From Eledone cirrhosa (Eukaryota), in contig CAXHJY010001308.1 in NCBI GenBank assembly GCA_964016885.1, positions 10,844-74,843 on the forward strand: a stretch of DNA of 64,000 bases. The letters run 5' to 3'. The position numbers and the translations under genes were made by a program. This document shows, piece after piece, positions 25,877 through 36,949 of the stretch. How positions within the stretch are numbered: the first letter of the stretch is position 1; the number at the start of each line of letters is the position of its first letter. Below the pieces are notes generated by a model. It was not told where the DNA came from and did no database searches. It was given only the letters and a program-made list of their open reading frames with translations.

Positions 25877-26975
25877 TTACTAAGGCCACAAGTTTTGTTT
25901 ATTTTAATTTGAGTTCTTTAATTTCGATTGCTTTACCGACAATAGTTGTCTTTTAGGTTATTTGTTACCGTAACTGCTTTTCTTTGATTTTTTATTGTAT
26001 ATGACTCTCCCAATTCGAATACAGTTTATGTTTCCTGATTTTATGAAAAGGTTTTGAAAATTTAGAAATCTTTTTTCCCAGCACGCTATCGTTACAGCCG
26101 CCCTACATTTTTTTCTCTTTACTGAAATTATTTTTTTATTGATAGAGATGGCCATTAAAGTTTACTAATTAAAATCTTTAACATATATATGGGTATTATG
26201 GATAGAGTACAAGTTGGATATCACAATATTTTAATCATGAATACTAACATATCAAAGGAGGGTGTATCAATTTCAGCGTCTTCGTCTTGCGATTGTTCGC
26301 GGTAATGTGAGTGTCTTGGCTCGATGTCGTTGATAAAATACCAAGGCCTACATGAATTTAAATGTGACGCTTAAAAATATATACTTAAAATGTATAAATG
26401 TAGTGAAAGGTACACAGTTTGGCCCCTCCCATTTTAAAATTATTTCTTTCTCGCCTTCTTTTTCTCTTTTTTCTTGTTTATATAACAAAACTGACGATAG
26501 TATTTTTCATTTTAAGGGTAGTTAGTTGATAAGTTTGATTAGAATTTCGAAAGTAAAATTTGTTTTTCCTATGATTTATTGTGTGCATTAACCTTGAATA
26601 GATGTTTTTTGTTTTGTTTTGTTTTTCTCGCTTTGATTGTATACTTTTGTTTATTATGTTTATTAATGCACTGGGTAATTTGCTGGCCTTGTGCCTAAAG
26701 TAGAAACAATTATGTTTATAAGGTTCCTCGCAATAATTAATTGATTATATGTACGGATTTCTATTTAATCTTATATTTGTTATATGAAAATAAAATGCAT
26801 AAATATTAAATTTTTTTTTAATCGGAAAAAAAATGTTATTAATATGAAATTAGAAAGCACGATGAAAAAAATTTCCAGATTTACGTGGAGCCTATTGCAA
26901 ATAGATGGACATTTTTTTAAAATATATTTGTATACATTTTATTCCCAGTTGTATATGAAAAAAAAAGAAATATAA

Positions 26976-27367
26976 TAATTGTTTCTACTTTTGGCACAAG
27001 GCCAGCAATTATCCCAGTGCATTACTGGTACTTTATTTTATCAACCCCATAAGGATGAAAGGCAAAGTTAATCTGGGCGGGATTTGAACTCAGAACATAA
27101 AGAGCCATAACTCTATGTTGCAAAGTATGGTGGCTGACGCTCTACCGTCACTGCTAATCCACAATAATAATAATTTCTACTATAGACACAAGGCCAGCAA
27201 AAAAAAGGGAAAGTCAATTAAATAGACCCAGTACAGGGCTGGTACTTTATTTTATCGATCCCGTAAGGATGAAAGGCAAAGCTAACCTCGGCGATTTTTT
27301 AACCCAGAACGTAAAGGGCCGTAACTCTATGCTTCAAAGTATTCCGACGCTCTACTGATACTGCCAA
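26976..27367 (-). mobile_element. Two tandem copies of the abundant SINE
   Basis: Each reads tttctact...cacaaggccagcaa...ggatgaaaggcaaag...ctgc.aat. Confidence 0.8.
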
Positions 27368-27399
27368 TGTTTACAGAACGAAAGCACAAACAAATATGA

Positions 27400-27754
27400 C
27401 TAGCTGACGTACCCAGCTTCGCCCGGATAAACAGATAAGAGAAGACAGGTAAAAGAGAAAATGACTGTATTGGATATTTGTCTGGTTACAGTATGAGGCG
27501 AGTCCGTGGTGTCTGTGTGATACCAAAAACAGTAAAAAAAAATTTCCAGATTTACCAGATTCTTCGTTGTACGTTTGTGCATAGTATATGAACAATTCTA
27601 GGTGCTCCCACCTAGAATAATGATCTCTAGGAGATGGTTCATCTTCTGCCTGACTGTAAAACGTGTATCATTGCATAGACGTGGTTGTTCCACGCTTCTC
27701 AAAAGGATGATGGAAGTTCCAATCTTTTATATTATATGTAGATATAGATATAGA
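27400..27754 (-). mobile_element. Non-autonomous Helitron
   Basis: Minus strand 5' TCTATATCTA...ATAAAAG (exact TC ambiguous: 27742, 27748 or 27754); 3' hairpin ccgggcgaagctggg then tacgtcagCTAG|T. Confidence 0.75.
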
Positions 27755-28030
27755 TAATTAATATAAAAGATGTCTGTCAATGTAAAAAAAGGTCCCTATT
27801 TACTTGAAATGGTTTATACAAATGCCAAATTAATATGGATATGGGTAACATGCTTATCTATAAGTGGTTAGCTATAATAATAAAACAACAAATTATGACA
27901 CAAAAATTTATTCAGTAATTTCCAGGCTCTTAGCCACTGAGTAATAGACAGTCAATATTGCCCAAAGTTCAACTCGGGGAGGTGGCCTGGTTTGAACTCC
28001 AAATGGCGGATCCTTCTACTTCGAAAATAG

Positions 28031-29499
28031 TATAACAGAATACTAGTGTGTATGAATATAACAGGAGACGTGGTTTGTGTGTATAATATTTAATTAACAA
28101 TTTGTGGTTATATAAAACAGTATAGTTGACATGTCAATGAATAGATGAAAGAATGAAACAAAGTTATTAATTACCGTTTGGTTGCCAGGCGAAGACGCCT
28201 GGCCTAAGGCCAGGAGTCGAAAAGGCAAATGAGAGAGAGAAAGCTGAAAGTTATTCCCTTTATAGATGCTGGAACGGAAGTGACAAAAAGGGTTCTGTCA
28301 CCCCAACGGGAAGCAACTCCAGCTACTTCCTGTCTAGTGAGCGTTACTCTATTGGTGATGTGCTCATCACAACAAGGGAGGCAACTCCTGCTACACTATT
28401 TCCCGCCAGATTTTTAAAACATAAAAATCGAATGAAACATGTATGGAGTAAGATGGCGAGCATGTAACAGGCATGAATTTTACGAAAAAAATAATGTTTG
28501 CAATAAAAGGAAAACGGCAAAATATATGCATGCAAAAATCAATGATAGATATCAAGGTAGCCAACTGCTCTTGGCCAGAGAACGACTGGACATCTATCTA
28601 TCCGTCACTCAAAGATACAATGTAATCAAAGTAGCAGAAGAGGTCAAAGTTCAAATGTTCAAAATAACAGTTCACAGGTGTGCAATCACATGACAGCAGG
28701 AAAGAAAGTGTGTTCCAGAGAATGAATGCAGGTTGTTTCTGGTCTGTGGTATAACGTGAAATTTCCAACCTCCGAAGGGAATTTCTCACAGGAAGAGTGC
28801 TGCAAAAATAAATTCTCTGGCTTGTTCTGCTGGTTTTGGTTGTTGATGAAGCTGTGTTGCTGTTGATGTTGTTGTCTCGCTGAGTGAGCGTATTCGATGT
28901 TGAAATTCACAGTAAAAATTTTTCAAGAAAAAATGAGTTGCGCAAAGTGCTAGAAATAACAGCCGAAGTTGATGGTCGATGTTGAGAATGCGTTGACCTG
29001 GAAGGGTCAAGAGGCCAGCGACCAAAGAAATAAGCATTCTGAATAAATGCGCAGTTTTCAACGGCAAATTTACGTGGTAAATTTTTAAACCGGCAATTAG
29101 GAGAATATAGCTTAAGGCTGGAGAATCCTTGGCGAGAAACGTTATCTCTGGCGTGTGGTTATCTCCGTGAGTCGAGAATTGTGTTGCCTACACGTGCCAA
29201 AACAAGGTTAAGTTGAAAAAAAAAAATTTCTATTGCGCGAGAATGATAGTGCAACAGGTCGTTGGCAGCCATTTTGAAAAAATGTGTGTGTGAACGTGAC
29301 AATATGATGAAAAAGAAAGAAAGGCTTCACTTAGTATAACAAATATGGCGAGTTCAATTTCCTTTATAGATGCTGGAACGGAAGTGACAAAAAGGGCTCT
29401 GTCACCCCAACGGGAAGCAACTCCAGCTACTTCCTGTCTAGAGAGCGTTACTCTATTGGTGATGTGCTCGTCACAACAAGGGAGGCAACTCCTGCTACA
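28031..29499 (-). mobile_element. Non-autonomous, non-coding LTR element with a partly deleted 5' LTR
   Basis: 3' LTR 28031-28395; 5' LTR remnant ~29359-29499; TSD ATAG (28027-28030, 29500-29503); PPT-like TCTGGCGGGAAATAG; internal region homologous to 38040-38865. Confidence 0.88.
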
Positions 29500-29611
29500 A
29501 TAGAATCGTTTTTCAATATTACTCTAGCCCTGGCCGGCCATAGGCGCCAAATTTTTGCCAGACTCAGCATATGATGAGGTTTTATTACCACCGCTATCAG
29601 AAGCGATAAAT

Positions 29612-29948
29612 TTGAAGGCAATTTCTACCAATACTTGTTTGTTTTTATTGCTCATTATCGACAATAAATGACATTGAACAGAAATGATAACTCTGTCAAA
29701 GCTCACAATACTGATCAAAGGACACCAATGTCTGAATCATTTACGTCGAATATTCATAACAGTGAAGGCAATTTCTACCAATACTTGTTGGTATTTATTG
29801 CGCAACATAGCAGTGAAAGCAATTTTTACCAATATTTGTTTGTTTTTATTGCTCATAACGACATTAAATGACATTGAACATAAATGATAACTCTGTCAAA
29901 GCTCACAATACTGATCAAAGGACACCAATGTCCGAATCATTTACGTCG
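29612..29948. repeat. Tandem duplication (~200-bp period) in the Helitron 3' region
   Basis: taaatgacattgaaca...gaatcatttacgtcg at ~29664 and ~29865; three gcaattt.taccaata.ttgtt modules. Confidence 0.85.
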
Positions 29949-29978
29949 CTTATTGATAGCATTAAAGATATGCATACA

Positions 29979-32900
29979 TCAGCTCAAAGCTTCATTATAG
30001 ACAATATTCAGGGTTGTTCCTCTGTTAGTGGTATCAATTGCAAATTTTATACCATCAGGATCGCACACTCGAGATGCAGCCCATGGCTGAATGCTGGATC
30101 ATTCAAGTAGACACCGACTCACTTGAAAGTCTGATTATCACCAACGTGTGGCAATTCATCGTTTCCCAACTACATCAACCATCGGCCGTTTGTCTCAGCC
30201 TCTTCGTTTTGCCCGAACATACGAAGTCGCGCATATTATCGTGTAATCGCAAAACTCTGAAAGGGCGTCACAACGGGGACTTTTTCAGACATGCATCGAC
30301 ATCTTTGAGCATTCCTAACAATTGGTAGCACCTGTCTGAAATCGCCACCAAGAACGATAGTCTTACCACCGAATGGCAGGTCAGTACCGCAGATATCTCT
30401 CAAAGTTCTGTCCAATGCCTCCAGCAAATATTTGTGTGCCATTGGAGCCTCGTCCCAAATAATCAGAGACGAATTGCGTATAAGGCCCGCGAGTTCACTT
30501 TGTCTCGAGTTCACTAATGTTACAGACACTCAACTCATCCGGAGCCAATGAAGCTTTGAAGCATGAGTGGAAGGTCCTTCCACCACTCAGCAAAGTGGCA
30601 GCGATCCCACTGGTGGCCACAGGGAGAGCAATCTTCCTCTGAGCTCTGACTGCCGATAACATAGTGTTGAAACAGAATGTCTTTCCGGTGCCTCCTGGAG
30701 CATCTATGAAAGCACAAAGTTGCTCATTAGTGGAAATCGAGTGGAGAACGCCATCGACCAATTCTCTCAGAGATTGGGTCAACATTGGCATACGTTCATC
30801 CACAATACGTTGCTGTTCCAGTGGATCAAACTGGAATAGTTCCCTCCGATCGAGTGGCAACCGTCTAAGCTGCAATCTCATATTCAATGCTAAGACACGT
30901 TGCCGCATTTCTTCATCAGGAATTGGCAAATTGAAATCTGTTAAACATTTGAAATGAACTTCAAGCAGTTGCTCAATATTGAGCAAAACAATAGCTTTCA
31001 TCAAATTTTCATCATCGACCTGAAGATGATGCCTAAAATCATCAGCCATAATTCCCCAATGGCGTTCAAATAACTCTCTTGGATCGGCAGGATTGCAGAA
31101 TCCTAGAATCGTGACAAATAACTGCCTTATTTGAGCTGGCATCTGTGTTGTTCCTGCAGCTTCCATGGCGTTATTCCATTCAGCGTCATCCTGAAGGAGT
31201 CCCAGATGCTGACACAGCCTGGTATGTTTCATATTCCACGCCATTGATTGTTTTCAAATCAGCGAAGCTCTGTTTACCTCTCGAAAAATCATTATGCAAC
31301 CTCTCGAAAAATCATTATGCAACAGAATTCGGAGATAAAACACATCACCAGATGCTAGATGGACATTACAAACCTGTCCAATAGTCATGAATCTCAACTT
31401 TTGTTTTCTATCATTCCATTTCTTTCCCTTCTTATCCCACGTATAGTGCGAAGGGAAATCGCAGTAGAGTTGCCTTTGATCCGGGTTCAAAGCATGTTCC
31501 CTATTATGCTTGAACCACTCAGTCAATTCCGTCTTGAAACAGACCATTTGCCTATTCTCTAAGTGAATCGTCAATTTCTGAACGCTGGGTTTGCGTTCAT
31601 TGAGATCAAAATCGAACAATCTCCAGCAAGCTTCGCTAGATCCAATCGAGTGAACATCCTGGAACCTGCCAACTTCATCTCCTTGGTTCGCTTTCTCATT
31701 CCTGACATTGATCATTGTTCGATCATGACCTTTGTAAACATATTTGAATAGATATTTGCAAGCTTTCACTGAGCTACAAATTTCCACATTAATATGACAA
31801 CGATATTTTATAATCAAATATGGATTGTATGGCACAACCAATTGATTTGTAACCTGTCGACCGTTTACATTTTCGACCAAACCGCCATCTGCAGGCGACC
31901 GCCTTCTGTATAAGGGATGAGCATCCCCATCGTTCCAGGAAGTGTTCGTGACAAAAGATTTCGGAAAGTGCTTACTGCATTGGCCATTTTTCATGCAAGG
32001 CGATTTCCGATTTGCCACTCCGCATTGGATGTGCACCATTGACTTTGCCACCACGTTGCGTAGTGCCTCATTCTCCGGCAGTTCAACACACACAATGCTG
32101 TCGACATCCTCAGCACATCTCAATTTGCAATCTCTATGTAAAATGATCAGCAAATGTGCATGTGGCAATCCTCTTTTTTGGAATTCAATTACGTATGTGA
32201 AAGCAACTATACCTCCAAAGATTCCCTCTTTTCCCACATCATCCATTATCTTTTTCAGATATCCTTTGAATACTCTTGCCACAATATCAAGACGGTCCTT
32301 TGGCTTTTGTCCTGGCAAAAGTGCATCCTTAATATCAGTCCATTCAGGATTGCATGTAACCGTTATAAACAAATCTGGCTTTCCAAACTTTCTGACAATA
32401 GCCATTGCATCCTGATAGCGAATGCTCATATATCTCGGGCCGCCGATGAACGACGATGGCAAAATGATGCGTCGACCAATTTGCTTGTAATTGGCATCAT
32501 CGGCTGTTATCGCATCCTGTATATTATTATACAATTCAGCTCTGATATGTTACTGATGTGTAGCTATATAATTTAGCCTTTGATTTTCGATCTTTGCGAA
32601 TGCCATACAACAGTATTCCTGGAACAATCTGCTGGCTTGAAATAGTGCATTTATCTGTTGATTCCTCTCGTTCAAATGAAACGCGTAAAAGTCGCGAATC
32701 GAATTATTGTGTCTATTGCCACCTCCCTGTTGATGCTGATTCTCATGATCATCTAAATGAACAGACATGTTCCATCCATTTTCACCTTTTGGGAATAAAA
32801 TAACATAATGCAATGGATCGTATGCCCTATTTGACTCATTGATAGTCTTGAGACCACCATCTCTGCGATTGAGGACGATATCTCTCGATCCAGACTTATC

Positions 32901-33986
32901 GTCCATCAACACAGCAACTTCACGAAATCCTTCAGGGGCATTATATCGCCGTTCGTGTTGATTCCTTGGCACTGCGTCAGCCTTAACCACCAATGTTTGC
33001 TGCTGAACATTTTGCAGTTCAGCCACCAACATGAAATCCATAACATAAGGATTACACTGTCTAAGCCATGATTGCAAATCACGGATCAAATCACTTAACC
33101 TTTGCCGTTCAAGTTCAGTTATATTTCCCGGCAACTTCATCCAACTGATCCTGATATCCTGCTCCGATTCACTATAATCTGGATCGTTAACGTAAATTTG
33201 AGCGAATCGAGGCCTCTCTCCTGGGGTAACTTCTAAATTACCGATACAATGATACAAACGGCCTTGAATGACTACATTCGGTTGCCATGCTCCACTCTCA
33301 AACATCTCACTAACTCTCTGCGATGCTAAAGCTAATGAATTGTTAATTTGCCGCGTGTATTTGCGCAGTAATCTACCTCGGTCTCCTTGATCACCCCACA
33401 TACTTAGTATTTTAAACTCCGGTGACTCCTCATCATCCGGCATTCGCAAGGGTTCTAGTTGAACTGCTCCTTTATGACAGCACATTGTGGTCCACGTTTT
33501 TTCGTGCCTCCAAAGTAATGCTCCACAATGTGGACACTCTGCTCGTCCACCAATCTGAAAATGACACAGTTGCCATCATCCATTTTTAATATCATTCGTT
33601 CGCCTTCTGGCCTCTTTACTGGAATGAGGAGCACTTTGGCGACACATTCTCTGAACTTCTGTATTGCGCTGGCGCTGTTCAGCCAGCTCCTCTTCATCCA
33701 TCGCAGCACGCCGTTGCTGCTGAATTCTGGCCATCTGCTGATGATGCTCAGCCAGTTCGTCTTCAACCATCGCAGCACGCTGTCGCTGCTTGGCTCCAGT
33801 GTTTCGTTGGCGTTGTTCAGCCATCTCCTCTTCATTCATGGCGGCACGTCTTCGCGTCTGAAGTTCGGCGTTCCGATGGCGCTGTTCGGCCCGTTTTTCT
33901 TCATTGCTGGCTGCACGCCGTCGCCGCTGTAGTTCACTGTTTGATAAAGTCGAATTGCTTTTATTATCAGTATTCATTTCGAACAA
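29979..33986 (-). pseudogene. Helitron RepHel (HUH Rep plus Pif1 helicase), frameshifted with an internal deletion
   Basis: R/E/Q-rich N-terminal repeats; GGPRYM...YQDAMAIVRKFGKPDLFITVTCNP; VIEFQKRGLPHAH; KYLFKYVYKG; DAPGGTGKTF; IIWDEAPM; GGDFRQVLP; C-terminal VGVYLNDPAFSHG...NIVYNEALS* ending at 29979. Confidence 0.92.
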
Positions 33987-33999
33987 TTGTCAAAAATTG

Positions 34000-34660
34000 A
34001 CACAATAATAAATCTAAAAATGTCCGTCAATGTAAAGAATTGTCCCTATTTACTCCCTTCACAACTCTATGTATGTTAGACTGACAGACAGGCTCACAGA
34101 CAGATAAACTGCGTGGCGATTGTGGAACGCCACACACATACACGCATGGAAACGCGCACACGTACGCAAACTTACACACGCACACACTCATACGTGTTGA
34201 TAGTTTTTTGTTTCTGTGGAACGCTGCACGCACGCATACACACATAAACATACGCGCACGTACATACACACGCACACATGTTAATAGTTATTCCTTTCCG
34301 TCCTCTCTTATTTCCACACACACACATGTCTCTACACTGACACATATACATAGTGTATAAAAAATAACACAATAATAAATATAAAAGATGTCCGTCAATT
34401 TAAAGAAAGGTTCCTATTTACTCCCTTCACAACTCTGTGTATGTTAGACTGACAGACAGGCACACAGACAGATAAACTGCGTGGCGATTGTGGAACGCCA
34501 CACACATACACGCATGGAAACGCGTACACGCACGCAAACTTACACACGCACACACTCACACACGTGGATAGTTTTTACTTTCTGTGGAACGCTGCACGCA
34601 CGCACACACACATAAACATACCCGCACGTACATAGACACGCACACATGTTAATAGTTATT
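34000..34660. repeat. Tandem duplication (~365-bp period) in the Helitron 5' region
   Basis: cacaataataaat...gtccgtcaat...cacacatgttaatagttatt occurs at ~34002-34292 and ~34368-34660. Confidence 0.9.
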
Positions 34661-34826
34661 GAACACAGCGTTCACACTCTCCCCTCTCACTCCTTCATTG
34701 GCATTATGCATATTACTTTCAGTTTGGCGTCGTTAAGTTGGGCGGAGTCGTTTGAAACCTATGAACCAATGATAATCGAGAATTATGACACACAGAATAC
34801 TGACATTGTTCAAATTAATATATAGA

Positions 34827-35324
34827 CTAGCAGAAACCCACCCGGTGGGCGGTTTTCTGCTAGCAAATCTAGTGTATATACTGATATTGTTGAGATTTGG
34901 ATGAGAAATGTTTTCGGCACCACATGTTCACCGTCTCTCGGTGTGTCCTTTATGCATGTATAAATATATATGTTATCTATACGGTGAAATCTTTGAAATA
35001 AATATATGTTAAAACGAAAAAGGAGAAAAAGAGATTAGTGACGGAAATATAAACGTTATGATACATAAACGTTATGATATAACGATGGAAATATAAAAAC
35101 GTTTACGATAAAACGATGGAAATAGAAACGTTTATATATAATGATAAGCCGAAACACTCGTAAGTCGAAACACTCGTAAAGCGAAACGTATAAATAAAGA
35201 TTAATGTAATGAATTTGAAAAGCATAGAGATTTGAAACCGCGTCTATTTGTTTCCTTGGCATTTTTTACAGACGGACAGACAGACAAACAAACAGAGAAA
35301 TGCCCATTATATATTATAAGTAGA
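34827..35324 (-). mobile_element. Non-autonomous Helitron abutting the 5' end of the large Helitron
   Basis: Minus strand A|TCTACTTATAATATATAATGGG with a (CTGT)n tract; 3' hairpin cccaccgggtggg then tttctgCTAG|T. Confidence 0.78.
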
Positions 35325-35485
35325 TAAATCGTATTTAATTGTATTTAAATTTCTAACCTTATTTTATTATTTATATTTTTTCAATAATAAATTAAAAAAA
35401 AACAAAAAAAAATTGAAGAAAAAAATTGAACAAATCAAACGTAGGTTATGGAACTGCGCAATTTAATTAATAAATTACCTCATAA

Positions 35486-35752
35486 GCAGCAACCTTCTTC
35501 AAATGGTCCTTATTATCAGCAGCAACAACCACAAATTCAATGGCAACCTTCTTCAAACCACAAATTCAATGGCAACCTTCTTCAAATAGTCCTTATTATC
35601 AGCAGCAACAACCACAAATTCAATGGCAACTTCAAACCACAAATTCAATGGCAACCTTCTTCAAATAGTCCTTATTATCAGCAGCAACAACCACAAATTC
35701 AATGGCAACTTCAAACCACAAATTCAATGGCAACCTTCTTCAAATGGTCCTT
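35486..35752 (+). repeat. Compound minisatellite
   Basis: Reiterated aaccacaaattcaatggcaac(cttc)ttcaaa and ccttattatcagcagcaac modules. Confidence 0.9.
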
Positions 35753-35965
35753 GGCATGGTGTCAAGTCAGAACCGCCTCGAACTGGTTACTTCTGGCTTG
35801 GGCAAGGTGTCTCTATAGCAACCAGCGATTCCCTCGGCGTCAGTGACCAAAGTCAGTGGAGAGGGGAAGGTAATGTTTCTATAGCGACAGTGTTTCTCTT
35901 GGTAGTAGCAAAGTGGAGAAAGGAAGGGAAGGTAATATTTCTGTAGCACCTACATTTGAGTTTTA

Positions 35966-36066
35966 GGGAAGGACAGACAGACAGACAAACAGAGAAATGC
36001 CCATATATTTCTGTGTGTGTATATATATATATATATATTACACACACAGAAATGTATATATATTTC

Positions 36067-36111
<45 letters not shown>

Positions 36112-36384
36112 CACACACAGAAATGTATATATATTTCTGTGTGTATATATATATATATTTCTGTGTGTGTATATATATATATTACACACACACAGAAATG
36201 TATATATGTTTCTGTAGCACTCCTCAATTCCCCCTCTCTCCCTCCCGCTATCCCCCTCTTGTAGTCTGTCTCTTTCTTTCACTCACTCTCTCTACGCGTG
36301 CGCAAAAAACATTCGCACGCGCGCACGTGTTTCCACTGTCGGACAGACAGACAGAGAAATTGGTGGTTATATATTATAAGGAGA
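35966..36384 (-). mobile_element. Helitron-like 5' termini with internal microsatellite expansion
   Basis: A|TCTCCTTATAATATATAACC...tttctctgtctgtctgtcc at 36384 and gggcatttctctgtttgtctgtc near 36000, both similar to the 35324 terminus; no 3' end identified. Confidence 0.5.
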
Positions 36385-36550
36385 TATAAAGGAAAGGGGA
36401 AGGGAAAACAACAAAAAAAGAAAAACAAAAAACACAGAAGCGGGTAGCACACATCTAGGACCAGATACAACAAAAGGCAGGCGAAAGGGGTGGACAACCG
36501 AGCCGCTACCAGAGTAAAAGATAACAGTATCGCGAGGAGCACTATGAAAT

Positions 36551-36870
36551 TTAATAATTTTTAAGGCAAGCAAGCATGCTTGCTGCGTTACCTCGTGTGA
36601 TAGCGAGGCTGATGCGCTGGAACATCCAAGCGCCCTCATGAGCTTCACCAGTTACCTCTGTTAGGCAAGTCGCCAGTGAAGATAGGAATCTCGCAGTCAG
36701 TAGCCCAACAAACATCTCAAACGCCACAGGCTGGAAAATGTAATTGGCCGACAGATCACGGCATTTTAGGATTTTATTCCGTTCGGCTGCGGAAGCTGTT
36801 GCTCTCGCCCTAACCGCAGCATCCAGGATGTGGGAAGAAGCAAACGAGTCACCATAAATGAAAGGGCCTG
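36551..36870 (-). mobile_element. CRE-like (RLE-type) non-LTR retrotransposon C-terminal fragment
   Basis: AAERNKILKC...YIFQPVAFE...VTGE...FQRISLAITRGNAASML. Confidence 0.7.
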
Positions 36871-36949
36871 GTGCAGAGGAGGGTAAATTGAAGCAGAGAA
36901 TTAAAGACATTTTACATTTGAGACAAATCTTCAACACTCTTTAAATCAA

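Larger units (their letters stand above)
29524..34826 (-). mobile_element. Decayed autonomous Helitron
   Basis: 5' TCTATATATTAATT at 34826; RepHel gene; candidate 3' hairpin plus CTAG at 29524-29550 (3' end less certain). Confidence 0.8.

Noticed and set aside
30236-31244. Host PIF1 helicase gene
   Set aside because: Linked to HUH Rep motifs and Helitron termini, intronless and frameshifted
35448-35946. Q/N-rich ORFs
   Set aside because: Products of the compound minisatellite, with the frame shifting between units
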